Part shown: positions 25,901 through 38,900 of the stretch, one piece after another
How the letters are laid out: each line of letters begins with the position of its first letter
Numbering within the stretch: position 1 is the first letter of the stretch
Assembly (NCBI GenBank): GCA_036172245.1
Contig: JAYWIR010000011.1
Location: 3,472,001 to 3,536,000 of the forward strand
DNA: 64,000 bases
From: Raillietiella orientalis
Lineage: Eukaryota
Direction: 5' to 3'
The notes under the pieces: generated by a model
What the model was told of the DNA's origin: nothing
The model's input: the letters and a program-made list of their open reading frames with translations, nothing else
Databases searched by the model: none
Made by a program: the position numbers and the translations under genes

Positions 25901-26049
25901 AGGCATTTAAATAGCCAGAGCCTTGAGTGTTGACAGAAGGAGGCCTCGGTAAACTCCTAACGTGACCATCATGAGATCTAAGGTCGTGTGTTTTGCCGGT
26001 TCCTCACGTGACTGGGGAGTAAAGCTTGAGACATTAAATTAGGAACCAC

Positions 26050-27000
26050 CTATTCTCCACTGTTTGGTCCAAAACCTGTTGCTTCACGTGGTAGGGAGGA
26101 GTGAGAAAGAGAAGACGCCTCCGTTGGCATTTCTCAAGTTAGCAGGCAGGGGAATCTCAGTGGCAGTGGCAGTCCGCAAGAAATGTTGCAATTCAAATGA
26201 AATATGTGACATCGAAGATGCTCTTCGAAGAAAGATGAGATACACAGCAACCTTGAAAAGGGTAGCGAGAGCAACGGGGAATACTTTTCCAGCCAGCATC
26301 GATAGAAATCATGGCTGGTCTTGACGTCAAAACATTGCTTATAGCTGGGATTCCTAATTCAGCGGGGTGGAATCTCGTAAGAGATATTTTACAGCGTGAA
26401 GGAGGGAAATTTTTTGCGTGTGCTTGGTCTTCAGGTAACTTCCGATTGCCATTTCTAGAGCGCAGGTTGTTCCCGAAGTTTTACATGAAGTTTCCAAAAT
26501 CTCTTGGGCAAATCGATTTCATCATAGGGACTTCAGCCCACTTCTTCCGTCTTCCTTCCATGGTTTCCTGGAAAAACTTCCTAGAAGTTTAGGCATGTTT
26601 TTTTCCTCTTCAACCAGCGCTGTTCTTTTTTTCTCCCGTGAAACTGGAACAAGCTGTGCAATCATTTCGTACATTCGTTTCTCCGCGCTATCGTTTCAAA
26701 TTGCTGACCCCAAACTCCCCCCTCAAGGACGGAAAAGAACGGAACTGCTTCCTAGATTAAAAATTGAGGAATGCATCCATGGTCTTCTTCGGAACGAAAA
26801 GGTAGAGAACTGCTTTGCTTAAAAGTGGACTGCCGCGCAGAAGTGTGTCTGTGGAAGTGAGAAGCTTTTTCTCCCGGTAACTGAAGATTCAGAACCTCAG
26901 ACAGTTGTTGGTATCGCAAGTGCAAGCCTGGTACTTCAAATCGTAGTGAGCTCAGACTATTTTGCCCACTTTCACTTGCAAATTTTGCAAAAAAAGGGGG
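26050..27000 (-). mobile_element. CR1/L2-like linker and RT start fragment
   Basis: Minus strand PKRFWK and LLSLPFSRLL motifs typical of CR1/L2 ORF2. Confidence 0.4.
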
Positions 27001-27159
27001 GTGATTTCAATCAATAACCATCGCGGGCATGCGGAGAATTCATCAACGCCACGGTCTTCTCTGTTCCTTTATCCGTCCAGACTCTCACCAGCGTCCCTCA
27101 CCACTCCCACGCATTGCCCCCTGGGGAAAACAACAGCATGCCATCAGCACTGCTGACGA

Positions 27160-28556
27160 CGGTTGACGAGTTGGTGTGAGCTCTCAACGCTCCCAAAGAC
27201 GAGGTCCAGGAGGAGCAAGTCCAGTGGCTCCCCATCGAGGGAATCCGAGAGCAGTGCTTCCCGGACCACGTGAGCAAAGGCAGCGAGTTAGAGCTGTAAG
27301 GGAGCTCCGGTCATGTAGCCCTGGAAGAGACCTCACAAGGAAAGGAGGGACCATAAGATCACCGCCCTTCAGGGAGACATGGAGACATTATCCCATGGCA
27401 ACAAGAACTGTGTGGCTGAGTCCACCTCCAGCGACGACTCAGAACGTCGTGGTCCTCGAGAGCAGGGACAGAGTCTTCAGTAAGTGGTGGGGAAGAACTT
27501 TGGGAGTCCACCATAGCTCAGCGGACAAACAAGGGAAAGGTAACCTTCGCCATTAAGTGGTTCCTATCATCTCTGGACAAGATCAGGATGGCATCCTGGA
27601 ACATCAATAGGTGTAGATATCTGTCGAAGATGAGGCAGGTGTCATGGTTCCTAGAACCACGCCATCAGTTGCCTCCAAGAAAACTCATGAAATGACCATG
27701 AAGGAGCAAGGATTCAGCAAACACCTGCAGGTTCAGCTCTTCAAGAAACAAATACAACCGGGAGCACTGCCATCCTGCTGAGGAACCTCCTCGTTCCGAC
27801 CCTCCTGGAAGTCTTCCAGAGATAGGGAGGCTGCTTACTAGTTCTGAAGATGGCTTGGTTCGGAAGTGTTCACCCGCTTGTGGTGAAGGTTTGCTGACCT
27901 TGCAAGAAAAATGAAGCCTTCGTGATAACTCTGGAAGCCCTCCTAAAGAGCAAATCACTGCCGGAGGACGCCGTATGCAATGTGAGGGACCTGTACATCG
28001 ACTACGGAAGGTACAGGCACCAGGACGTTCAAGAAGCCAACGGTCATCGGCGCATGGCGGAGGAACTCGGCCTCGTCTGTCTAGGGGCGATGCACGCATC
28101 GATCCGCGACGTTGTATTCTCGGAAAACCTATCGGCAACCCCTGCAGAAACTCCGGAAGCTGCGCAGCGCTCTCTCGCCTCACCCTCTGTCGAGGTTTAA
28201 GCTCGAAGGATGTTCGTAGCGAAAGGACGCCACTAGTATAGCCGCCAACCTTATGGAGGCAGCTGCAAGGTGGCCTCATCTGCCCAGAAAAGTCGTCAGG
28301 GAAGTCACCATCGTCGAGCGGCGCTTCTAGAAGAAGAGGAACAATACCAAAGATCTCTGTCCGCAACTTCCCTTGTTCTTTTTGTGTATATTGTGTCCCT
28401 TCCCTCCATTCCCTTCTTTTTTTAAGCCTGTCTGCGTTCCGGTGGTTTTCCGGGTTGAACTTTTTGTATGGGCGTTTCTTCTGTCTTGGGGGGATACACA
28501 TCCCTTCAAGTTTGTGGTTTGTTTTACGGAATAAACGTCCCGGCATGACCGGGTTC
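27160..28556 (+). mobile_element. L1/Tx1-like element: ORF1 end and endonuclease N-terminus joined to a 3' end
   Basis: KIRMASWNINRCRYLSKMRQVSWFL...CLQE (APE N-terminus, ~27575-27690); within ~600 bp come C-terminal motifs, a T-rich UTR and AATAAACGTCCCGGCATGACCGGG. Confidence 0.65.
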
Positions 28557-28639
28557 GAACCCTCTGTTGAGGTTCCGGAAAGCAATCATCAATCACCCGA
28601 GCATCAAGAATCCCAGAAAGCATTGTTGATGTTCATCCG

Positions 28640-29300
28640 GAAGTTAGGGCAGCACGCCGTCTGAGGGCCCGCCTACCGTGCAGACGACTGCGATCTCCTG
28701 AAACACTCAGTCCACCTTTTCCCGAACATGACACTCGGGTGCGGCACTGGTGGAACCCGGAACCTTCCGGATGAGCGGCCGGGATTGGAAGTCCTCGGGG
28801 ATCTTTCCAGGAATCAAAAAGTCGGTTCCCTTTGGGCTCCCCCTCCGGTTGTGCGGATGGAACCGTGCCATCTCGTGCCATGAAGCTAATGGATCGATGA
28901 TCACTCCAGAGCGTGAAGGAGAGCTCTGCTTCCTTCGAGAGTGACCCTTTATGCAGAGAAAATTCGGAAACGTCCCCTCGGGGTTCTACTCAGAGGAGGA
29001 AACCAGGAGTGGTTCCCCTACGGGTGCCCTCTGGTGAAGAAATGAGTGAGGGTTCCTTCCGGGGGATCCTCGAGGAGAGAATAAGGAAGGAGATTTGCTT
29101 TGGGGTTCTCTTCAGAGGCAACCAGGGTGGAGGTGTTCTCTTCGGGTTTCCCTCCGAGACGTGAGAAAAACGAACTCCTTCCTCCGGAGGCCTTCCTGGA
29201 TTCATAGGGTGGTGGTCACCTCCCGGGAGGTGACCACCACCTACACCTCGTAGAGCTAACACGTACCCTCGAGTGGAGTGGATAGTGTTCAGCTTAATGA
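28640..29300 (-). repeat. Dispersed repeat family X, copy 2
   Basis: Shares TACTCAGAGGAGGAAACCAGG, CCTTCCTGGATTCATAGG, TTCCAGGAATCAA and GGTGCGGCACTGGTGGAA with copies at 48.2-48.8, 49.8-50.5 and 62.1-62.6 kb. Confidence 0.7.
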
Positions 29301-30000
29301 GCTCCATCTTCACCAGTGTGGCATCCTCATGAAATGTGAGTGCCCCAGTACAAGAGGCAGGTACGAATGTGGACAACACACCAGTCACGCGAGCTCTGAT
29401 GAGCTCAGGATCCTGGACTTCAGGAATATCTGAACCCTGGAATCCATTTCCAGCAGCAATTCAACTCACAAGAGTCCATGAACTGGACGTGGACAAGGTT
29501 TGGACAGCCTGACTTCTGCCCACAAGCCGTAGGAAACCGTCGTCTGGAGATCTGAACTGCCGCCACAGACCCATGACTTCCTCCCGATGTTTCAACACAA
29601 AAATTTCTCTGCGGTAAAAGGTTGCAACACTGGAGTGGGACCTCAGATGATGGGAATTCTTCAGGAGCATAGAAAATGACCACCACATCAACGCCAGACG
29701 AAATGTTGTCCAGGAAAGTGGCGAGGCAGGCGGTCCAACTGTACCCCTGTCCGAAATTGAGATCCTCCGAGGATCGTTCCCTTGTACGACCCCACGTCGG
29801 CTGCTCATTAGGAGCATCGTCATCAGAAGGACTAAGCTCCGGCGGGAAGCGCAGGTGACCACGAAGGACATCCTGAATGGCCGTCTCGAACGAGAAGTTA
29901 GGACAAGAGGTTGCAGCGGAGTTTTGCTCTGGACTTTCCTCTATACTCTGCGAAAGATCCAAGAAGCAAACACGGTCCAGAGCACTAGGCACTGAGGGAA
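29300..30000 (-). mobile_element. Decayed L1-like RT fragment (domains 0-4)
   Basis: GFLRLVGRS and RARVTGVLSTFVP resemble GF..GRS and A.V.VNG.LS motifs. Confidence 0.45.
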
Positions 30001-30049
30001 ACGGCCTACTTTTGGTTTCCTGATCCCTTCCCTTCTTCCCTGCAAATCT

Positions 30050-30730
30050 TTGAGTGTGCTCCCGGAAGAAGCTCTGTGTCCCTCCCCTGTGTTTGAACAC
30101 TACCGTCCTCCCTCTCCGGTGGCACGACGTGGTACTGTTCTTGCATTAGGATCTTCCTTGCAACGAACGCATGCACTACGTGACGAGAGGGAGTGCGTCT
30201 GCGGAGTGTGTCAGGTGCGGCATCGCTCCCCACCTGCTGATGAACTGCGGCGGCGTCCGTCTTGGCCGTCCGGAAGACACTCCTGCCGATCTGCTGCGCC
30301 GCTTCTTCAGACCAAGACAGGCTCTCATCTGCCACCGCGATCGCGATTTTGCGTTGCCTCTGAGACATCCTCACTGCCAGATACGCGCTGGGGCTGCACC
30401 AACGGCAACCAGAAGCTGCCTGCGACGCTACGGTCAGCCTGAAGAAAGCACGCAGTTGGCCTCATCTGAAACAAGTCAGCAGAGAGATCAGCAACATCGC
30501 ATGAAAAAGTTAGAAGATAAGCAGCAAACCCGGTCTCCCCAACCCCACCCACCAATTATTTATTTGCTCATCTGCTCGCTCCCTAAATGCTGCAGACAAT
30601 TTCTTCTTTCTTCAATCCTTCCCTAATGAACTTCTTTTTGTTTCTTTCTGTTGATTCACGGGGGGCTACGTTCCTGTTTTTTTTTTTTTTTCCTATTAAA
30701 ATAAACGCTCTGGAGCAATTGGGTGAAAAA
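30050..30730 (+). mobile_element. L1/Tx1-like zf-RVT 3' fragment with UTR
   Basis: HYVTRGSASAECVRCGIAPHLLMNC...DLLRRFF; ends AATAAACGCTCTGGAGCAATTGGGTGAAAAA. Confidence 0.7.
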
Positions 30731-31399
30731 CCTTCCCTGTGAACCTGCGCTCAACAGGAACAGTGTTCCCCGCGGAAAAAAGAACCCCTCAGGGTTGTAT
30801 AGCTTGGGTGGAGGAACATTCACCCCATCTCTGGTCGGATCGGGCACTGTTTCGTTTCGTGAATTCAAACGGGTCAATACCATGCACCATGAGTGGTATG
30901 TATCCCGCTTCCCATTCTCAAATTTATCCGGTTGGCGTGAGACGGGAATGTACGAAATGACACTGCAGTGCCGCGTGTTCCAAGCGGCGGTCTTTCAGCT
31001 TGGGTGTGTTCATGCTCCGAGTCCAAAGTACCCAGATGGTCTTACACGTGTGTAACGGACCGAGCGCTTGCATGTGCATGTGAAGCATGGCCTTCTGTCT
31101 TGGCACCAGTGTGAGGTATACATCATATCCAAATGGAATGTGGCGTCATTTGGAGCTTTTTCTTTCCTTTTTTTTCTTTTTCTATGCCTCCCCGTTGGGT
31201 TAGAGAATGACATGGACGCTGCATTCGTCAGGGAATACTTTGCGTTCCTTCACTTTACCACAGCTATTATTTTCTTGAAAATTCTTTTTAACTGACTTTT
31301 GGACTTGTTTTGACCAGAACGCCTTGCGTTTCTTCAAGGAATCAACCACCAAAGGTCCAAGTGGATATTTTTTGTTTCATTCGCTTTCAGTCTCCATAA

Positions 31400-32000
31400 T
31401 TTCTTAGCCCGCTGTTCTCTTCATGATGAGCTCTTTTATCATCTGTTGTCCGAGATGCTTGAATCTACTTTTCCCCGAGAGTTGTTGGAGTTGATATGAC
31501 TACTCCAGCAAGCAGAATAAACAGTGATAAGAATTCGCAAATTTGAAATTGCGAGGAAGATGCAGATCATTCTTCCTACCATGCTCTTTTTTTGCATCTT
31601 TGTAATTCTTGTTTTGCTTCCAGCTCCATGGATACAATTTGTTCAGAGATTACTTCGGCACTCTTCATAGAGTCGCTCCAAGTGGCATCTGTTTGCAGGC
31701 ACAAATGTAAAGAAAATTGCATCATCATAACGTCCTCATAACATTGCATCATAATAACCAAGACATTTGTGTTGCTGTTGTTCAGAAGACCACTTGTGAG
31801 TAGCCGAATTCTTTCCAAGGATTTATGAGAATACCGTTCCCGGTGCATTACAAGCAGCTAAATTGGGGTTCGGCAATTTCATGTTGAAGGAAGGTCTAGA
31901 TCGAGCTAATGGAATTCCCTGATCTTCATTCCACTGTGCCTTTTGAAGAGCCAGCAAACAGATCTAGGAACGAAGTCCAGTTGAATTCTTCTCATTAGAA
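31400..32000 (-). mobile_element. Degenerate hAT-like transposase remnant
   Basis: SMKSAEVISEQIVSMELE...RCKKR...FQICEFLSLFILL resembles the pre-dimerisation segment of hAT transposases; several stops. Confidence 0.35.
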
Positions 32001-32888
32001 GTTATGATTCATGAGATCTGTTTATTAAGCTCTCGTGTTTCCTGAGAAACGAAAAAGGAGGAAATAATGCATAAATGAGCAAAAACCAAGCCAGAACATT
32101 TTTATTTGCTGAGCATTTACCCAGCAATCGATCTCTTTTCGGCATTTATATCCACAGAAGGAGAAAACTCATGTTAGAAGGGATTTGAGTTTTTTGTGAG
32201 ATAAATTCACTGCGGGCGACGAGACAGTATAGAATTATTGTAGTCATTAGATTTCAAGTATTGCAACTGAATAGCGTGTTTGGGGAGCAATCAAGAAGGA
32301 AGCCTATTCACACACGACTATTCCACCAATTGCATCGTATTGCCAGTCTCTGTACGCGTGGACGTTTACTTTGACAGCTGCGGTTGAAGCCTTTGACTTA
32401 CGTTTTCTTCATCTCCTATTATCTTTTCTGGTAATGTGTGAAAAAAAAAAAATAAAAATAAGTGTTTCCCAACGGAAGGGACCATGTTTGAAAGTCTGTC
32501 GGGAGCTCCGACGACGGCAGCAAGTTTGTGTGGCTTGAAACCGAAGCGCCTATTCTAATTCCTTCATTGTACATCCATCATGTTCAAACTTGGCCTTTTT
32601 GATTCTTAAGTGATGAGAAACAGAAAGAGTCCATGCCTTGCGAGCAAAATTGGCCTTTCCCTACCATGGAAAGGATAGCTGACGAAGATGACAGACAATT
32701 CGAGCTAGTTTTTGCCAATCGGAGTGCGAAAATGGGAAAATGGGAACAGTGCAAAACAAACACGAAGTGGTGTCATTGGCGCAACCGCATCAAAAGCACG
32801 TCCAGGTGCGAAGATGGGAAAATGAGAAGCGGCTGGAGCTAAACGTGAGTCGGAGAGCACTGACTGCAGTGGGTCTGACATGCTATCC

Positions 32889-33037
32889 TGGCGCCAGTGA
32901 CAGGTACGGAGCAGCTGCCAGCATTGTGGCGCCAGTGACAGGTACGGAGCAGCTGCCAACATTGTGGCGCCAGTGACAGGTACGGAGCAGCTGCCAACAT
33001 TGTGGCGCCAGTGACAGGTAAGGAGCAGCTGCAAACA
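32889..33037. repeat. Minisatellite, 38-bp unit x ~3.9
   Basis: TGGCGCCAGTGACAGGTACGGAGCAGCTGCCA(G/A)CATTG head-to-tail at 32889, 32927, 32965 and 33003, with no spacers. Confidence 0.97.
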
Positions 33038-33299
33038 CTCCAGCAGCGTAGGAGACATTCTGAATTCTGTTTTAAGCGGCGTGTAGATTCAGCAAAATAG
33101 CTGAGTCTGCATCAAAAAAAAAAAGACATGTGTGGCCGTGTCATCAAAGGTTGATGTTTTTCGCAGTTTATCATGTTGCCGTTGGGAAAGCAGCGAAGAT
33201 ATACAATTTTAATGAGACGTTGATAATCCCCATGTCTCCTCTTTCAGTGGAATTATGTGCAATTGTACAAAATAACGTACATGACCGAGTCTTAGGAAC

Positions 33300-34150
33300 C
33301 ACGCCTTGGCCAAATCGTTCACTTGCAAATCCATCTGTGGCCAAAACCCCGTTTCAAAATGGAACGTGAACAAAGCGCGGAAACTTAAAATGCCAACATG
33401 CAGGGCTGCAAACAGAGCAAATTCGGGCTGCGTTTATCGGGGGGAGGGGGTCCATCACGGAGATGTAATATCCCACAAAAAAAAGTTCGGCAAACAAGGG
33501 AACTCTTCACAGGCAATATGTGGTTTGTCAGCTTGAAGGAAAACTTTTCTGAAGACACATCTGTTCCTATGCCGTCGTGTAGGCGTGCGCGCGTCCGTAA
33601 GGCATATGACGTGGGAAGTGCTTCGGCGTAAAAGTGTACACAGTCTTTTGAGACAACGAACGGCAATCATCATATGATTCACCATCGGACTCTTCATTTG
33701 TTGCATCAGTATAGGCTGCCACAAAGTTCTTAATGGTGCGGAAGAAGTGATAAATTTTTTGAAGACCAACTACAGGTTCCCATTTCTATGATGAGCTAAG
33801 GTTTCCCGTGTGATTGGCTGCTTGTGCATCTGCTGGTTACATGATTAGCGGAAACTGAAGGTCCGCCGACATGCTGGGCTGATGCAATCGGTTTTTTTCC
33901 CTCATGGCAGCTATGCTCTGGCTGAAATCGAAAAATGACCACACGAGCGCTAATTTTCATAGCTCTGTTAACGGATATTTGAAGAGAGGAACAATGACGA
34001 CGTGAAGTGATCTCCCGAAGAGATGCAGGCATTTCATTCAATGAGGAAACTCGCGAAAGCCTTTCGCGGGCCCGGAAAGTTTGCTGGAAGCTCTGGCGGA
34101 ACCCGAAATCGTATCGCATCGGTGTGCTTTCGATTATCTTAGCCACAGTG
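33300..34150 (-). mobile_element. Degenerate hAT-like (CGGBP1-related) transposase remnant
   Basis: LKRL...HVICLT...RKVFLQA...ITSP*WT follows the order HVTCLAH...KKVFLKAP...TRWGTW. Confidence 0.4.
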
Positions 34151-35289
34151 CGCTCGAGGTGTTCAGAGCTCTTAAGTAGAAGGCTTTGTCTAGATCCTAC
34201 CTTGTATTCTTTTCACTCGGACACAGAATACAGAAGGTCATCAGTTCATGGGGACCTCCGTTCGACGGAGCAATCAAGCAACCCTCTATACACACGATCT
34301 TGATCATTAAAGGCTGAGCCGAATTACAAAATACTGCAAGAAACTTCTGAAACCCGGTACTTTCCGAACAGTCGACTGAGGATGTCTTTTCTTGCTGTGT
34401 TCAAGTCTAATTCGGAAAGAGGAAAGGAGATGGCACGAACAGACTTGGAACAAAAGAAATAGAATAGCATCCTAAGTAAAAATGAAAAGCTTAGACGCAG
34501 AAATTATGGACGGCAGCAAAGATTTCGGACTGCCTGTGGTGCGTGTTCGTGATTTGCAGTTTTGTTCCTCTGAGAGTCTCATCGGTCTCCTCAAGGAGTC
34601 ATCCCCTAACCATCCTGCCTCAGTGGTTTGCTTGTCTTTTACTCTTTCTACATTGGATAACTTGAATTTCAGCCTTATCCTTTCCTCGAGTCCCACAGCA
34701 GGCTGCAGCACAGAGATTCGAGAAATTGCTCCAATTCAAAGCAAAACGAATTTCAGTTGAGGGGGCTGAAGGGTGGAGCAAAGAAAACGCAGGAATGAAG
34801 TAGCAGACAGGTGCAAAGCCTCCAAGTGTTAGGCCATCACCAGAAGGAGATGGATGCTAGCAGCCAGGCTGATACTGTGGAATGAGTCTGATACTGATAC
34901 CGTGCGCAAGCAGCACCGCATCTGTGCTGCTGGAGGACTTCGGAGCCGATCCAGAACGTCTGCGGTGTGGAATGAGGATTAAATGAGAATAATCGATTTC
35001 GGGATGTTGGAGTTAACAAGGTGCTAATCAAAGCTGCTCAGAATGCGACGCTCCAATGAGCTCGAACATTTGTTTGTTTTTGTTTTTGAATTCACCCTCA
35101 CAGCTTGTGGATGAGATGATGAAATCTCAAAACTGCGCCTTTTCAACTAATATCAGTCGGCCCCTAAAATGGTCTTTTGTATTTTTCACGAAAATATTTT
35201 ATTTGATTTATGCGCTCAGGTACGGATCAAAGAATTCGGATATTCTATTGGTTGCCTTCCGGGTGAGTTGTCTGAAACAGTATTAAGAG

Positions 35290-35560
35290 CATCGCTATGG
35301 AGCCTCAGCCAATGTCAGCACTCGTCGTGCACTCTAAAAGACATCTCGGTTTCTCATCCATTTCAAACGATGCTGTCCTTTTCTAGAGATCTACATCCAC
35401 AGACATCAGCCTTAGTAAAATCTGCTCATGACATTTTATCTTTGCTGCTCAGCATTTGATCCCTGTTAGGAGTCTGACCAGTTCCGAGCTATTGCTTGAA
35501 GCCTTCAGGGCCTTGCAGATAGCCAAAGTGATACCCTGCATCCCGTTCCGGCCAACCTTC
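35290..35560 (-). mobile_element. Possible RNase H remnant of an I-clade LINE
   Basis: LAICKALK...VRLLTG resembles AEL.AI..AL...V...DS. Confidence 0.25.
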
Positions 35561-36299
35561 CACGGTGTCTCGAAATTGCACGAATTTTAGTCAGGAACGT
35601 TCGGTCAGCTGGAGATCTGCAAGGTAATCCTGAAAACTTAGTTAGGCCACCTTATGCTTTCCTTTTAAACGTATGAGCTGCAGGACGTAGAATAAGATGC
35701 GTTTTTCCTGTTGAATACACCAGCAAGCGCTCGCACATGTCCCATGGAAGATTCCTCACAACTTTGCAGCTTGGTTTAGCGAAAGAATGTGTGGTGCCAA
35801 CTCCCACTGCGACCACTGTGGCGAAATAAAGCCGACACTCAACTGGGCAACGCTACTGGGAATTCGGATTCCACTTGCACCGAATGTGCAACTGTATTTT
35901 TCATATTTTCTTATAACCTTATTAACTATACAGTCTTCTTTATCAGGTCAGTAACTTTGTCTGAAGGAAATGGTCTTCCGTCTCCTTATAAAAGTAGATC
36001 CAAACAAAAGGAGAACAGAATCAATGGGTAAAACCTTATTTATCATGATAAACCTTATTTATCGGTTACGTAATTGTAAGGCACATTATAAGCGGAGTAC
36101 GATATGGCTTTACTCAACTAAGCAAGATAAATACTGCTGAGCTAAATACTGGAGCAATGCTCCATTTAAGAGCACAGAGATTTCCAGAAGTGACGTGCTT
36201 TCACCAGCCAGCCCCCAACCATTTTTTCCCCTCTCTTCCGAATGCCCTGACCTTGTTTTGATCGGAGCCAGTAAGAAGAACATCTGAACTTTGTCCCGA

Positions 36300-38066
36300 A
36301 ATCCTTATGAACCTTTTCTGGGGACAGTCTGTATCCTCTGCAGCATTCATGATGCTCCTCTCTAGAGGGTGATAGGAGAATGTGGATATGGAGTTTCAGT
36401 TCACAAATTGTGTAAGGAAATATTCCCGCCCTACGAGCTGGAAGAGGTTCCCAGACGTTGTCCGAAAGGAAAAGCCATGAACAGTGAAATCAAAGATTCT
36501 GGTATCGGTCAGGCGTCTTCAGGCGAGAGCTCTCTTCTCATCGACAGATGCTGTGACGGGATTTTGGAAAGCCCCCATTCCTATTAGAACACTGAAGCAT
36601 TTGTTTGACCTTACACATATTGAAGAAGGATGCTGGGACTTCTATGTGATCAATCCCTTTGTCTCCCGGCTATTTTATAACTTCTAGGAAGACGGTGAGA
36701 AGCAAACTGTCTGATCTCTGAAGACTTCGGACTACCACTCTCCCGATGCAGTTCTTCTGGCTGTGTAGAGAACTCGTGAGGCATCCTTGACAGCTTCCCA
36801 TTTCAAAGAAATCAACCGTCTTCGGAGAAGTCCCGGCAACGAAGGCCTGCTCTCGTTGCTGCCGAGCATCCGTTACAGGATGCTAGGATTCGACTTTCTC
36901 CTAAGGCAACTCGCCCTCTAGTGGAAACCCAGTCATAGATCTCCTCCTTCCAATGAGCTACAATTCCTGGAGACAAGGGACTGTTGAGTTTTGGGCTGCA
37001 TGCCAAGGAATGAGTCCGAAAGATCATTGACTCCTGAGACACTTTCTGCCACGACCTTTGGAGGTGGTGATGCAGGACACGACAAGGCAGTCGACCCTCG
37101 CCTCCACACCCCTCGCTGCAGCGTTGGTTTCCCTCAGGGCAAGCAAAGAGTGCAGCCTACCGGCGAGGTGGGAGTTTTTCTGCACCGTCGCGAGAAAAAC
37201 GAAGCTCCTTGGCGGCTGGAAGGTGCGCGAGTTGCTGGATGCGTGCAACGTGGTGACGGGACTACTTCGTTGCCGTCAACTTCTGCGTGTTGACCCCGAG
37301 GAACCTGTGGCTTCTTCCCAACGCCTGGACGCTTCTGTGCTATCCCTTTCCTGGAAACAGACCGTGGTGCTTTTCCTCCACTGCGGATTCCAGTGCAACG
37401 AGCGGCGGCACCGAGTTTCCGCAGGAATCGCATCCCCGAACTGTTCCAGGTACGGATCGGCGGAGTCGATCCCGCACCTGCTCTGCGACTGCGGTGCCCT
37501 AAGGCGACGGCTAAGGACAGACAGCCCTGCTGGACCAGGAAGGCACCGCCCGTACGGGCTCCGCGATCTCTCAGTGATGGGTTGCGTCCGCGCCATGGTC
37601 ACGGCCCGCCGCATGCTGGAGACGAGACGGAACGAAGGTCACCGGGAAGGCAGCCGCCTACATGAGGATGGCTGCAAGGTGGTCTTAACTCCAAGAGGAA
37701 GTAAAGGAGAAAACCACCAGCGTCCAGCGTCGGTTTTGAAATGAAGGATTGGCGGACGCCGGTGACCCTTGTCCCTAGACTCCCTTTTAATTTTGTTTCT
37801 ATTCTCATTCCTCACTCCCTTTCGCTCTGTACCTTTCCCGGTTTTTTTCTACATTGACCTCGTGTATACGGAGCAAACCCAAAGACCCTTGTCCCGGATT
37901 TCCTTATTTTTTTGGCTTGTTGTCCCCGCCTCCCCTCTCCCGTTCCAAACTTCTGGTTGTGTCGGTAGTCTTTCTCTCTCAACTTCTTTTGTCTTCCTCT
38001 GGGAGCCAGCGTGTTCTCAACTGATTTATCTTCATAAAATAAACGCCCCGACGTGACGGAGTGGAA
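36300..38066 (+). mobile_element. Internally deleted L1/Tx1-like ORF2 (RT 0 to zf-RVT) with UTR
   Basis: PYELEEVPRRCPKGKA (domain 0); WKQTVVLFLHCGFQCNERRHRVSAGIASPNCSRYGSAESIPHLLCDCGAL (zf-RVT); AATAAACGCCCCGACGTGACGG end. Confidence 0.75.
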
Positions 38067-38069
38067 AAA

Positions 38070-38900
38070 CTTCCGAGGAATCGTTCGTTAAGGCCAACGA
38101 GGTTTTCAATCTTGCGTAAGAGGATGGATATGATCGTGCATATATTAGGAGAAGAATGCGCACCTTTCGTGGGAGCTGCCCACGAGCATTTTGAATGCCA
38201 ACTCGAAGGATCCATAACGATTTTTCTGTGGACACCACTCAAGACTCACCTTTCAGCATCCTCGTGGCTTTGACCGTCCAGGTGAACGCGCGCTTCTCAC
38301 GGAGTGAGACCCGGCTGCCAGACACTCACTGTTCCTCCTAGTGGTCAAGGGAAAGATTTTATAACATGGTGGAAAGCACTCTGGAAATTCCTTCTTGGCT
38401 CGCTGCGGTGGTGACGCGCTCCGTATGGATTCCAAAGAGGGTTGCTGCAACATGGGAAACGCCTGTGCCACGCTCTATCGATTAGCATGCAAAAAACATG
38501 AGCAGCTCTACTAAAATGAGTATGGTAGCTGACTCGTTCCAGGAATCGCGAAGGAGCTACGAAACCCTGCATACATAATGGCAGAAGCATGTGTCTGCGT
38601 GCTTCCCCATCATGGAAAATGGCGGAACTGTTGCACACATTCGAGGTGTTCTGAAAATGAGACAGCTGTGTGCGCCAGCTGCTTTCTTGAAGGAACGTAG
38701 ATTTCTCTACTTCTGGCAAGTGCATCTTGTGGCTCCGACTCCGAGATCTGTGCAAGATGGTCTTCGTAGGGGATCGGTGGGAATCTGTGGACAGATGGTC
38801 TTCGTGGGAGATTTTCAGTTTCTTCTGCATCTACTTTGTGTCAGTGACTTATTTTTTTCGTAGTGACTCATGCGACTTGCATGGTTCGCACCGCATCCTG
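38070..38900 (-). mobile_element. Non-LTR RT domain 0-2 fragment
   Basis: PLTTRR...ARSPGR and KIVMDP...SWAAP...IISILLRKIENLV resemble the KSPG and WRPI...KI...IL.RL motifs. Confidence 0.45.

Noticed and set aside
27665..28585. Longest ORF (306 aa, minus strand) as a gene
   Set aside because: Antisense to a recognisable L1-like remnant and its UTR; low-complexity R/S/P-rich translation.
32889..33037. CRISPR-like repeat array
   Set aside because: Units are head-to-tail with no unique spacers; eukaryotic context and no cas genes.
36031..36063. 14-bp direct repeat AAACCTTATTTATC
   Set aside because: Consistent with a simple local duplication; nothing else supports a functional element.
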